A DNA stretch of 64,000 nt from Heteronotia binoei (lineage: Eukaryota). A model generated the notes under the pieces. It was not told the DNA's origin, did no database searches, and was given only the letters and a program-made list of their open reading frames with translations. Both the position numbers and the translations under genes were made by a program. Location: the NCBI RefSeq assembly GCF_032191835.1, contig NC_083237.1, positions 17,174,001-17,238,000 on the forward strand, given 5' to 3'. Shown one piece after another: positions 1-11,266 of the stretch (the stretch's first letter is position 1; each line of letters begins with the position of its first letter).

Positions 1-17
1 GTTTCTTAGGTGCTAGT

Positions 18-185
18 GCCCTGATGTGGATAGCCCAGACCAGCTTGAACTCATCAGATCTCAAAAGCTGAGGGGCCAGCCTTGATTAGTATATTGGTGG
101 GAGACCACAAAGAAAGCCTTGAGTCACCACAGAGAGAAGTCAAGGGCAAACTGCCTCTAAATGTCTCTTGCTTTGAAAACCCTGC
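18..185 (+). mobile_element. 5S rRNA-derived SINE (degenerate) with RTE/BovB-like tail
   Basis: Resembles the 5S rRNA internal region (GATCTCGGAAGCTAAGCAGGG...TTGGATGGGAGACC), followed by ggcaaac..cctctaaatgtctcttgc.ttgaaaaccc. A paralogous copy lies at about 12660-12810. Confidence 0.65.
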
Positions 186-584
186 AACAAAGGTGGCCAA
201 ACTATGGCTCTTTCACACATATTGTGTGGCTCAAGGAGGAACTTAATTCAGGCTTACTCTGAAGTAAGCATGCTTAGTATTGGGACCTCAGTCAGCCTCT
301 GAGTGCTGACCCATAGATAGGCAACTGTTTCAGCCTTGTTTGAAATGGGTAAGGAGGGGGGAAATAGGCAGGCTTGCAAGCTCTTCTCCTCCATCACAGA
401 GGTTGGCCAGAGACCTAAAGCAGGGAAAGAGAACGCAAGAGCTGAGGGAGCCACTACAAGGAGGGATGAGATTAAAGAGGGAGGTGCAGGGTTCCCCCTT
501 AGTTTCATAGTTCTAGTAGGAGTTGTGTTTGCTAGCCTTGGTATCAAGACAAAGAGAGATGCATAATGATGCAAACAGTGGTGT

Positions 585-695
585 GATTTATACGAACAAA
601 ATAGGAGTCGATTGCACTTTTAAGACCAACATAGTTTGATTCAGAACGTTAGCTTTCGTGTGCTCTCTAAGCACACTTCATCGGATGAGGAATAT
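585..695. mobile_element. Penelope-like terminal fragment (same family at about 23322-23530 and 37105-37365)
   Basis: Recurrent gcac(c)tttaagaccaac...agctttcgtgtg...cacttcatc.gatgagg motif, three copies in the window. Family assignment is from recall. Confidence 0.5.
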
Positions 696-1900
696 GGTGA
701 GTGTGTGTTTCCTTCTTCCTCTGGTGCCAAAAAATAATCCCCTAACTTTTCCCTGTGTTGGTTTTATGGGGACTGTTATTCCCAGCATTTGTGTTTGTTT
801 GTTTGTTTTTTTAAAAAAAGTTTCCTTCTAGCATGGTCATGTTGTAAAGTGCATATATATATTTTTGTGCAAAGAAAGTATCAAGAGTTCTAATAAAGAG
901 GTGTGTTATATTTGTTCAAGTCTTGCGGCTCTCAGACATCTGATGTTTATTCTATATGACTCTTACGTTAAGCAAGTTTGTCCACCCCTGTCCTAAAGGG
1001 TCACCACAAGACAGCTACAAGGTCTTACTGTACTCAGACTTGGATATTCTACTGCAGAGCAATACAACTGGACTCTGGACCTGCCTTAACCAGGGTTTAC
1101 TTAGTTCATCTGTAATGCTGTCATCAGATTAACATACACCACAACTTCAAAAATCGCTCCAGAGCATCCATTCACATTCACACAGATAGCATGGTGTGAG
1201 CTCTCCCGACTTCCCCCATCCCATGCAAATCAATATCCCATGGGTTGAGCATAATCTTACCTTTGTGCTCTTCCCAGGTGTTCTCTGCTTTCAGTAATAT
1301 GCTACGGCTGTCGGATGGGATCAAGAAAGCATTTTGATGCAAGATGTCTTAAGGTCGGGAGAAGGATCACTGATCACCCTCAGTAATTTCCAAACTCAGA
1401 GGCACAAATGTAAGAATTAGCCATATCCCGAATCAGGTACCTCTCACCTTCCACAATTTTGAATGACAGCAGAACTCAAGCTCAACCCAGTACTTACTTC
1501 CTGACGTCCCTCAAGTGGGGATGCCACGGACTGAATTCAGGATGTTCTCAATGCAAAACTGATACTCTACCACTGAGGCATCTCTTTAGCTGCAATCGCC
1601 AGACAATACCTATGCTGTCTATCTTACAAGGTCTAAGGAGGTCGTTGCTGCTTGGAAAGACCTGTCTGTGGCAGCCTAAATATTAAGAGGTTGATTCCTC
1701 TGCTATAACAGCATTTCCTAGTTTTAAGACACCGAGCATGACCTGAAGACGCTCTGGAATTAAATACGCACCCCAAAATTGATAGAAACTCTCTGACTTA
1801 TTGATCTAAAGCGTGCTGCTTTCCTTCCCATGACTGGTGATCAGAGTCACTGCAAGGAGAGATGGAAGCCACGAGGGCCTTTACCAAGGAGAACTTGAAC

Positions 1901-2111
1901 TCTAGGGCTCAAAAAGCTAGAAACCTAACCCGGACTCTAACCTAATCCTAACCCTACAGCAGACCAACAAAGCTATCCTTAAAACGGAGAGAAGAGCTGC
2001 TTTAGACTGAATCAGCTCTTCTCTCCGTTTTAAGGATAGCTTTGTTGGTCTGCTGTAGGGTTAGGATTAGGTTAGAGTCCGGGTTAGGTTTCTAGCTTTC
2101 TGAGCCCTAGA
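1901..2111. repeat. Inverted duplication: 99-bp arms (1901-1999, 2013-2111), 13-bp spacer, 1 mismatch
   Basis: Direct reverse-complement comparison. The paralogs at about 7076-7460 and 14030-14140 carry only the left arm. Confidence 0.95.
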
Positions 2112-2683
2112 ATCAGGAAAGTATTCTCTAGTTTGACAGGCACCAGCCTCTCAGTAATTTAAGTGAATGACTGTTCTTATATTAAACATGCCCAATGACC
2201 TTTGAGATATGTACAAAGCACATACATTGAATTCTAGCTTGCTTGCTTCTTTGGTGTCTGTTTCTGCCAGATATGTTTCAAGCCTTCAGAGATGAGGGCT
2301 GGCACAGCCCGGCTATCTGTGAAGCTAACCATTCTCCACATTGGAAGACCGACAGCATGGTGAGTGGGTTTTTTTCACCATCTGATCACAAAGGTTTGAA
2401 GATTAAAGAAGATAATAAAGACTTCTGCTGTATTCCACAGGGACTGCTGTGCTCTCTTTGGATCTATTAAAATTGTTGTCCTTCGTGTCTTTGCATCCGA
2501 GGCACGTAATGAAAGAAAAACAAGAAAGGGATATACACGGCTGATGAAATCCTGCAAAGCGACAGCAGTCTAACTTTGCATAGGGTGACTTGGCATAGGG
2601 TTGTGATGAAAATGGCACACGAGTTTGCTTTTCAGGTTATAAAACGATTTGCTTTTGGGGTCTTGAAATACATAAAGGTGGAG

Positions 2684-2957
2684 AAAGGCAGTCCCCTGTG
2701 CAAGCACCACTTGTTTCCGACTCTGGGGTGACGTCACATCAGACTTTTTGTGGGGTGATTTTGCCATTGTCTTCCCCAGTCATCTATATTTTACCCCCAG
2801 GAAGCTGGGTACTCATTTTACCGACCTCAGAAGGATGGAAGGCTGAGTCAACCTTGAGCCGGCTACCTGAGCCCATCTTCCGCCGGGATCGAACTCATGT
2901 TGTGAGCAGAGCTTGGCCTGCAGTACAGCAGCTTACCACTCTGCACCATGGGGCTCC
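2684..2957 (-). mobile_element. Sauria SINE (Squam1-type)
   Basis: Reverse complement of the Sauria SINE body and tail (CACAGGGGACTACCTTT). A 14-bp TSD TCTTGAAATACATA flanks it at 2661-2674 and 2958-2971. Confidence 0.85.
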
Positions 2958-3007
2958 TCTTGAAATACATAGCAATGAATTTTTCATCCAATGGTCATAG
3001 AAAGAGA

Positions 3008-6000
3008 GGTGACTGACCTGGAGAAGCAGAGACGGTCAGCAAGGCACTCGCAGAAGACTCTCGGAGACGTGTTAGTTGCGCCCCGCTCTGAACATGGCAG
3101 CCCCGTTGCTGCCAGGGAGTGTGAGGGTCGAGAGGGAACAGGGCACCGGGCTGAGGATAAGGGAAATGCGCCCTCAGAAGGGACCTCTTCTTCGGTTGGT
3201 GAGCGGGAATCCTTTCACACCAAGGAACCATCCCTGGGCGGGGAGAGAGGGAGGGTCTTGGTAGTTGGTGATTCGATCCTTAGGCAAGTAGACAGCTTGG
3301 TGGCAAAACCACATACTGACTGTATGGTGACTTGCCTGCCTGGTGCGACGGTAGTGGGCATTACGCGTGTAGTAGATAGGCTGATAGACAGTGCTGGGGA
3401 GGAGCCTGTGGTCGTGGTGCATGTTAGCACCAATGATGTGGGGAAATGCAGTCGTGAGGTCCTGGAGGAAAAATTTGGGCTGCTAGGTGGGAGACTTAAG
3501 GCCAGGACCTCCAAGGTAGCCTTCTCGGAAGTGCTACCTGTTCCACGTGCAAGGCTGGAGAGACAGGCACAAATTAGAAGTCTCAATGTGTGGATGAGAC
3601 GTTGGTGCAAGGAGGCAGGGTTTAAGTTTATTAGGCACTGGGATGCTTTCTGGAACAAGTGGGAGCTGTACCAAAGAGACGGTCTCCACTTGTCCCTGGA
3701 TGGAACCAGGCTGCTGGCACTTGTGGAAATTTCAGAAACTTGGTGGAATGAGGAGAATCAGTGGGACACGGTGATTCCTGGATATGTTATACTGGAAGGA
3801 TAGGGAGGGAAGGGTTGGAGATGGGGTAGCTCTGTATGTCAGAGAGGACATATGGTGCAGTAAGACTGAGGTCAGAGAACTGGACTCCCTTATAGAAATG
3901 CTTTGGGTTGAAATAGAGGGCCCAAAAGGCAATTTAACTATGGGAGTTTGTTATTGCCCACCAAATCAAAAGACAGAGTACGACTATAATATCTAGAAGG
4001 CTTAAAGATGGTGGCTAGATGTAAAAAGAGACTGAGTTTCTAGATGCTCTCAATGACTGAGCTATGGAGCAGATGGGCACAGAACCTACCAGGGGTGGGG
4101 CGATCCTGGATTTGGTCCTAAGTAATGCCCAAGACCTGGTGAGAGAAGTGATCACACCGCTTGGGAGCAGTGACCATAACGTTATTGATTTCACTATTTG
4201 TATAAATAGGGAGTTGCCTCAAAAGACCAGCACAACCATGTTTAACTTTAAAAGGGGTAAATTCTCTGACATTAGGAGGCATGTGAAGAGGAAACTGAAA
4301 GGAAAGGTAAATACAGTCAAAACCCTTGGGGAAGCTTGGAGGCTATTTAAAACTACAATCCTAGAAGCACAGATAAAATATATACCACAAGTTAGGAAAG
4401 GTACAAACAGGTATAAGAGAAGGCCTGCATGGGTAAAAAACAAAGTAATGGAAGCTATAAAAGGTAAGAAGGACTCCTTTAAGCGGTGGAAAGCTACTCC
4501 AAGTGAAATTAATAAAAGGGAACACAGGGAATGGCAATTGTTTTATTGTTCAACATGGCTTTTGCCACACCCTGTAAGCCACCCTGAGCCTGCCCCGGCG
4601 GGGAGGGCGGGGTATAAATAAAATTTTATTATTATTATTATTATTATTAATCAAATGCAAGACTGTGATCAAGCAGGGAAAAAGGGACTATGAGGAGCAT
4701 ATTGCAAAAAACATAAAGACCAACAATAAAAATTTCTTCAAATATATTAGAAGCAGGAAACCAGCCAGGGAGGCAGTGGGGCCCTTGGATGACCGAGGGG
4801 TCAAAGGATTACTGAAGCAGGATAGGGAAATGGCTGAGAAGCTAAATGAATTTTTTGCCTCTTCACTGTGAAAGATGAGAAGTGTTTGCCTGCTCCAGAA
4901 CCACTTCTATTGGAAGGGGTGCTGAAAGACATGAGCCAGATTGAGGTGGCAAGAGAGGAGGTCCTACAACTGATGGATGAATTAAAAACTAATAAGTCAC
5001 CAGGTCCGGATGGCATACATCCAAGAGTTCTGAAAGAACTCAAAGTTGAACTTGTGGATCTTCTGACAAAAATATGTAATCTTTCATTGTAATCTTTCAT
5101 TGAAATCTGCCTCTGTTCCTGAGGACTGGAAGGTAGCAAATGTCACCCCCATCTTTAAAAAGGGTTCCAGAGAAGATCCGGGTAACTACAGGCCAGTCAG
5201 TCTGACTTCAATACCGGGAAAGTTCGTAGAAACCATTATCAAGGACAGAATGAATAGGCACATTGATGAACATGAGTTATTGAGGAAGACTCAGCATGGG
5301 TTCTGTAAGGGAAGATCTTGCCTGACTAACCTGTTACATTACTTTGAGGGGGTGAACAAACATGTGGACAAAGGAGACCTGATAGATATTATTTACCTTG
5401 ACTTCCAGAAAGCTTTTGATAAAGTTCCTCATCAAAGGCTCCTTAGTAAGCTCGGGAGTCATGGAGTAAAAGGACAGGTCCTCTTGTGGATCAAAAACTG
5501 GCTAATTAATAGGAAGCAGAGAGTGAGTATAAATGGGCAGTCTTCATAGTGGAGGATGGTAAGCAGTGGAGTGCCGCAGGGCTCAGTACTGGGTCCCATG
5601 CTCTTTAACTTGCTCATAAATGATTTGGAGTTGAGAATGAGCAGTGAAATGGCCAAGTTTGCGGATGACACTAAATTGTTCAGGGTGGTGAGAACCAGAG
5701 AGGATTGTGAGGAACTCCAAAGGGATCTGTTGAGGCTGGGTGAGTGGGCGTCAATGTGGCAGATGAGGTTCAATGTGGCCAAGTGCAAAGTAATGCACAT
5801 TGGGGCCAAAAATCCCAGCTGCAAATACAAGTTGATGGGGTGTGAACTGGCAGAGACTGATCAAGAGAAAGATCTTGGGGTCATCGTAGATAACTCACTG
5901 AAAATGTCAAGTCAGTGTGCGATTGCAATAAAAAAAGGCTAACGCCATGCTGGGTATCATTAGGAAAGGAATTGAAAACAAATCAGCCAGTATCATAATG

Positions 6001-6472
6001 CCCCTGTATAAATCGATGGTGCGGTCTCATTTGGAATACTGTGTGCAATTCTGGTCGCCGCACCTCAAAAAAGATATTATAGCATTGAAAAAAGTGCAGA
6101 AAAGAGCAACTAGAATGATTAAAGGTTTGGAACACTTTCCCTATGAAGAAAGGTTAAAATGCTTGGGGCTCTTTAGCTTGGAGAAACGTCGACTGTGGGG
6201 TGATATGATAGAGGTTTACAAGATTATGCATGGGATGGAGAAGGTAGAGGAATTCACTGCCACAGGAGGTGATGGTGGCAACAAACATAGCCATCTTCAA
6301 GAGGGGGTTAGATAAAAATATGGAGCAGAGGTCCATCAGTGGCTATTAGCCACAGTGTGTATATATATGTGTATATATATATATATATAAATTTTTGGCC
6401 ACTGTGTGATACAGATTGTTGGACTGGAGGGGCCATTGGCCTGATCCAACATGGCTTCTCTTATGTTCTTAT
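3008..6472 (+). mobile_element. CR1 LINE, 5'-truncated in ORF1, decayed (ORF1 SGNH/GDSL esterase; ORF2 APE endonuclease + RT)
   Basis: ORF1 motifs VGDS, STND, DGLH. ORF2 motifs SETWW, KSPGPDGIHPRVLKEL, NYRPVSLTS, QHGF, YLDFQKAFDKVPH, GVPQGSVLGP, KFADDTKL. Many frameshifts and stops; CR1-type 3' end ...ttctcttatgttctt. Confidence 0.95.
4538..4648 (+). mobile_element. Short L2-type 3' tail nested in CR1 ORF2
   Basis: gtaagccaccctgagcctgcc..gggagggcggggtataaat followed by (ATT)n. It interrupts CR1 codons EWQ|IKCK. Similar tails occur at about 24405-24470, 52980-53030 and 57610-57727. Confidence 0.7.
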
Positions 6473-7075
6473 TGCACTCTTTCTTCCTGCCCCCCCACCC
6501 CCACAAATACTTTTCCTACACAATACTTGCTTCTGGGCTCCATTATTCAACTCCCCTGTGAGAATTTTGCTGAACTCTACGATCTGACAAACTTTCTAAT
6601 ATCCCCCCCACACACAAAAAAAAAATGGGAAAAGAACCAAAACACATCAAGCAGACAGATGGAAATCTTCCTCCTGCCACTGTGGCCACATAGGAGAAAG
6701 TCATTTGAAATGTATGATGGGAGTAAGTTTTATTATGACAATTCTAATTCCAGAAGCATTTTAAGGTAGATGCTGAGCTGATATAACTGAGTACACCTTC
6801 TGGTGATGTCGCGGGTGTGTGGCATATGCAAGCCAGTTATGCTAATGAACTCCAGCACCACTTTTTCTACGAAATGATGTTAATACAGGCAGGAGGAAAG
6901 GGTCCTTGTAAAGCTTTTCCAAATAGGACGACAGCCTTTCTTCTGCCTCTTTCTGCCAAACTCGGCATCTACTTCTGGAAACCCTGGCTGGAGGGGGGGG
7001 GGAATGGAGGGAGTAGGGTTGCTTGCCAACCTCCAGCTTTGAACACAAGGCATAGAAAACAGTCACAAAAAGGTC

Positions 7076-8290
7076 AGGGCTCAGAAAGGTAAAAACCTAA
7101 CCAGGACACTAACCTTAACCTAAACCTAACCCTACAGTAGACCAACAAAGAAGAAGAAGAAGATATTGGATTTATATCCCACCCTCCACTCTGAAGAGTC
7201 TCAGAGCAGCTCACAATCTCCTTTACTATCCTCCCCCACAACAGACACCCTGTGAGGTAGGTGGGGCTGGAGAGGGCCCTCACAGCAGCTGCACTTTCAA
7301 GGACAATCTCTGCCAGGGCTATGGCTGACTCAAGGCCATTCCAGCAGGTGGAAGTGGAGGAGTGGGGAATCAAACCCAGATAAGAGTCCGCACACTTAAC
7401 CACTACACCAAACTGGCTCTCCCTTAAAACGGAGAGAAGAGCTGCTTTAGACTGAATCAGGAAAGTATTATCTTGTTTGAAGGGCACCAGCCTCGCAGTA
7501 ATTTAAGTGCATGACTGTTCTTATATTAAACATGCCCAATGACCTTGGAGATATGTACAAAGCACATATATTGAATTCCAGCTTGCATGCTACTTTGGTG
7601 TCTGTTTCTGCCAGATACGTTTCAAGCCTTCAGAGATGAGGGCTGGCACAGCCCGGCTATTTGCTAAGCTAACCACTCTCCACATTGGTGAGTGTGTTTG
7701 AAGATTCAAGAAGATTTGAAGGTTTGAAGATTCAAGATTTGAATCTTGGTTTGAAGATTCAAGAAGATAATAACGACTTCAGCTGTATTCCACAGGGACT
7801 GCTGTGCTCTCTTTGGATCTATTAAAAATTGTTGTTTGCTTCCTTCGTGTCTTTGCATCTGAGGCACGTCATGGAAGGAAAACAAGAAAGGGATGGACAC
7901 GGCTGATGAAATCCTGCAAAGGGACAGCAGTCTAAAGCCAGATATTTCAATGGGGTTATTCTGGGTGACTTTGCATAGGGTTGTGATGAAAATGGCACAC
8001 AAGTTTGCATTTCAGGTTATAAAACGATTTGCTTTTTGGGTCTTAAAGTACATAAAGATGGAGAAAGGTAGTCCCCTGTGCAAGCACCAGTCATTTCTGA
8101 CTTTGGGGTGATGTCGCATCAGACTTTTCATGGGGTGATTTTGCCATTGCCTTCCCCAGTCATCTACATTTTACCCCCAGGAAGCTGGGTATTCATTTTA
8201 CCGACCTTGGAAAGATGGAAGGCTGAGTCAACCTTGAAATACATAGCAATGAATTTTTCATCCAATGGTCATAGAAAGAGAAACATACAA
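7076..8290. repeat. Partial duplicate (unit B) of 1904-3007 with no OR gene attached
   Basis: Collinear at roughly 90% with 1904-3007, including the same Sauria SINE insertion (8064-8237, shortened by a cttga-microhomology deletion). Confidence 0.85.
7149..7421 (-). mobile_element. Squam3-type tRNA-derived SINE
   Basis: Reverse complement of the GAGAGCCAGTTTGGTGTAGTGGTTAAGTGTGCGGACTCTTATCTGGG head with a (TTC)n tail; absent from the unit A paralog. Confidence 0.85.
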
Positions 8291-8789
8291 TCCTACTGCA
8301 TGATTGTATCGATGAGGCAGGAGCTGGACGCTAAGCATTACCAGAATCAGGTCCCCAGTTGGGATGTGCACCTGAAGAATAGTGTGTGTGTGTACCAAAC
8401 TGGAACTCTCTGCCAGGGGCAGTGATGATCTGTATGCTTGGGGGCGGGGTGCAACAGTGAGAGGGTTTCTAGTGTCCTGGCCTCTCCAGCTGCTTGCTCT
8501 TACCCCCATGGCCCCCCTCAGCTCCATCCGCCTGTGACTCTTAGCTACGAGGCTGGTTCTTCTTATGCTCATACTAGGGCAAGAGCACCACCTAGAGTCT
8601 TTTGAATCTTGGACCACTGGAGGTTTACACTAAAATCACCCATTCATTTCCATTGCACATTAGACCGCCCTGACTACATTCATCCCTTTTGGACAAGGGG
8701 CGGTCCAGTTTGGGCCAGACAACCTATTTGTCATGGAATTTCAGGGCCATTGCCAGACAGTTAATGAGGGTGGGAGTATATATTTTTAA

Positions 8790-9348
8790 AGAACAAATTG
8801 GATTTATATCCCGTCCTCCACTCCAAATCTGAAAGTCTCAGAAAGCCTCACAATCTCCCAGTTTGGTGTCCTGGTTAAGTGCGCGGACTCTTAGCTGGGA
8901 GAACTGGATTTGATTCCCCACTCCTCCACTTGCAGCTGCTGGAATGGCCTTGGGTCAGCCATAGTTCTCGCAGAGGTGTCCTTGAAAGGGCAGCTGCTGT
9001 GAGAGCCCTCTTGGCCCCACCCACCTCACAAGGTGTCTGTTGTGGGAAAGGAAGATAAAGGAGATTGTGAACTGCTCTAAGACTCTGAAATTCGGAGTGG
9101 AGGGCGGGATATAAATCCAATATCTTCTTCTTCTTCTTCTTTTATCTTCCTCCCCCCACAACAGATACCCTGTGAAGTCTGTGGGACTGAAAGAGCTCTC
9201 GCAGAAACTACCCTTTCAAGGATAGTTCTCTGAGAGCTATGGCTGATCCAAGCCAATTCCAGCAGCTTCAAGTGGAGGAGTGAGGAATCAAACCTCTGGT
9301 TCTCCCAGACAAGAGACCATACACATAACCACTATACCAAACTGGCTC
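8790..9348. mobile_element. Squam3 SINE (+, 8858-9140) nested in an oppositely oriented Squam3 SINE (-, 8790-8857 + 9141-9348)
   Basis: The minus copy is split at caatctcc|tttatc, which is contiguous in the 7149-7421 copy. Confidence 0.8.
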
Positions 9349-9527
9349 TATATTTCATAACTCTCTGATGGGTAACAGTAGTCTTTGGCATCAGAGATGG
9401 AGTTTGGTGTGGCAGTTGCTAAATCACCTTGTCACTCTTGGAAAGGAGGTGGACTTTGGTCCAGTGTCATTGATCTGAAGTATCTGGACCATTGGAAAGC
9501 TTTCATGTGCTCATGTGCGTGTGTGTG

Positions 9528-9825
9528 TGTAGTGTATCGCTAGGATGCCATTACGATATAACGCAAGGACGATAGACCAAGCAAACGCGACCATGTGCAG
9601 AGGTGACTGGGCTGCCCCCAGGCGACTCCGCACAGGGCGCGAATCACCCCGCCCATCACAGGCGGTGGCGGGAAGTTTAACTGGCCAGGATTGGGCTGGC
9701 CAGCCAGGGAGGTTGTTCCGAGATATTGTATATAAGCGGGGCCCGGCCCGCGTGTTCTCTCTAATGCAACGTGCTCCTAATAAAGAATGTTGCCCTACTT
9801 GCGTCTCCCGTCTGAGTACGTTATA
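9528..9825 (+). mobile_element. Solo LTR (Gypsy/ERV type) inserted in a (GT)n microsatellite
   Basis: TGTAG start and GTACGTTATA end, TATATAAG near 9729, AATAAA at 9779, CpG-rich. Imperfect 5-bp TSD GTGTG/GTGAG. Confidence 0.7.
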
Positions 9826-9875
<50 letters not shown>

Positions 9876-10339
9876 CTAAGAGACAGGGAGGGAAGGAGGG
9901 AGGGAAGAAGCAGGAAGCAATAAGCCACTAGGGTTTGTAGACTCTTTCGGGATCAATAAGCCACTGCTTTTCTTGATGAGACTCAAGGTGTGTTACATAA
10001 CGGATGTCAAAACAATCAATAGGACATTCAGTTCAAACCCTGAATGATAGCTATTTCATATAAAACTAATATTCTCAAAAAAAAAACAAAAACCAGCCAC
10101 TGGCACATCCAGCCCCCAGCTCTCCCTGTAATGCTTATATTTTTTAAAAAAACTGGAATCAATAGAACGTCATTCTGCTATCTGGTTTGAAATTTTGCAA
10201 TCTATTTAACCACTTCTATTTCACTGCACTATTTCAGGATTCTGCCTCCTTCCCACCTTATTTTGCTATATGTGTGAAAGCTGACGGAGTCTTGTAGACT
10301 TTTTGTTGGCCTCCAGCTATGGATATCAACAATTTCAGT

Positions 10340-11266
10340 TCAAACACGCCTTTGCAGCGCCCTGGCCACTGCCTCATGAACATCCTTGTTCCTCAGGGTA
10401 TAAATGATAGGGTTGAGAAAAGGGGTGACCACCACATAAAACAAAGCAATGTTTTTGTCCCGGTCTGAGGAAGCCGTTGATCGGGGAATTGCATATGTAA
10501 CAATGAGAGTCCCATAGAACACGGTAACTACGATGAGGTGGGAAGTACATGTGGAGAAGGCTTTGCGCAATCCAGTGACTGACTGTATTTGTAACACAGA
10601 GAACAGAATGACAACATAGGAGGTCACAACAACAATAATAGGAATCAGAAGGCCTACCCCAGCCAGCACAAAAATAACTGTCTGAGTGACGTGGGTATCG
10701 TCACAGGCAAGTTTCAAGACTAACGACATCTCACACATGAAGTGATCAATACGGTTGGGACCACAATAGGAGTGGTGAAAGGTACACCAAACATATATCG
10801 CACCCCCAAGGAAGCCTCCTGCCCAGCAACTGGATACAAGGTGCATCCGGCACCACCTGTCCATGACAACAGGATACAGCAGAGGTTGGCAAATGGCCAG
10901 GTAACGGTCATAGGCCATGACGGCCAGCAGAAAGCATTCAGCAGCACCAAAAGACAAGTAGACAAACAGCTGGGCAGCACAACGGGTGTAGGAGATGACT
11001 CCATTCCCAGCCAGGAGATGAGCCAGCATCTGTGGTTCTGTGCTGGTGACATAGCAGATCTCTAGGCCTGAGAGGTGCATGAGGAAATAATACATGGGGG
11101 TTTGGAGGTGGGTGTCAATTTGTACCAGCAGGATGACCACCAGGTTCCCCAGGATGGTAAGTGTGTAGATGAGAAACATCATGACAAAGAGTAGAAGCTG
11201 AGTCTTTCGTTGACTAGTGAGTCCCACCAAGATGAATTCTGTGACTGAGGTGAAGTTCTCATCCAT
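10340..11266 (-). CDS. Olfactory receptor (OR-1), intact, 308 aa
   Basis: MDENFT sequon; motifs GN, HLQTPMYYFL, MAYDRYLAIC, KAFSTCTSHL, PFLNPIIYTLRN. The true ATG is placed at 11266 by the acceptor 13 nt upstream; the 60-aa extension in the ORF track is intronic. Confidence 0.95.
   Translation of the reverse strand: MDENFTSVTEFILVGLTSQRKTQLLLFVMMFLIYTLTILGNLVVILLVQIDTHLQTPMYYFLMHLSGLEICYVTSTEPQMLAHLLAGNGVISYTRCAAQLFVYLSFGAAECFLLAVMAYDRYLAICQPLLYPVVMDRWCRMHLVSSCWAGGFLGGAIYVWCTFHHSYCGPNRIDHFMCEMSLVLKLACDDTHVTQTVIFVLAGVGLLIPIIVVVTSYVVILFSVLQIQSVTGLRKAFSTCTSHLIVVTVFYGTLIVTYAIPRSTASSDRDKNIALFYVVVTPFLNPIIYTLRNKDVHEAVARALQRRV

Larger units (their letters stand above)
1..3007. repeat. Segmental-duplication unit A (OR upstream region), paralogous to 11821-14368+19537-19853 and partly to 7076-8290
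   Basis: Collinear blocks, e.g. 1040-1200 vs 12870-13300, 1250-1270 vs 13343-13365, 2200-2470 vs 14220-14368+19541-19640 and vs 7540-7830. Confidence 0.85.

Noticed and set aside
18-110. Possible 5S rRNA gene; also tRNA-like heads of the Squam3/Sauria copies
   Set aside because: Degenerate and fused to SINE bodies, so not functional RNA genes.
254-574. 106-aa and 76-aa ORFs with hydrophobic stretches
   Set aside because: No recognisable family, splice context or homolog in the paralogous unit.
10720-11065. Overlapping ORFs of 107-110 aa; also antisense ORFs at 27645-28199, 33254-33574, 42971-43504
   Set aside because: Shadow frames of OR coding sequence, reproduced in each paralog with no independent signal.
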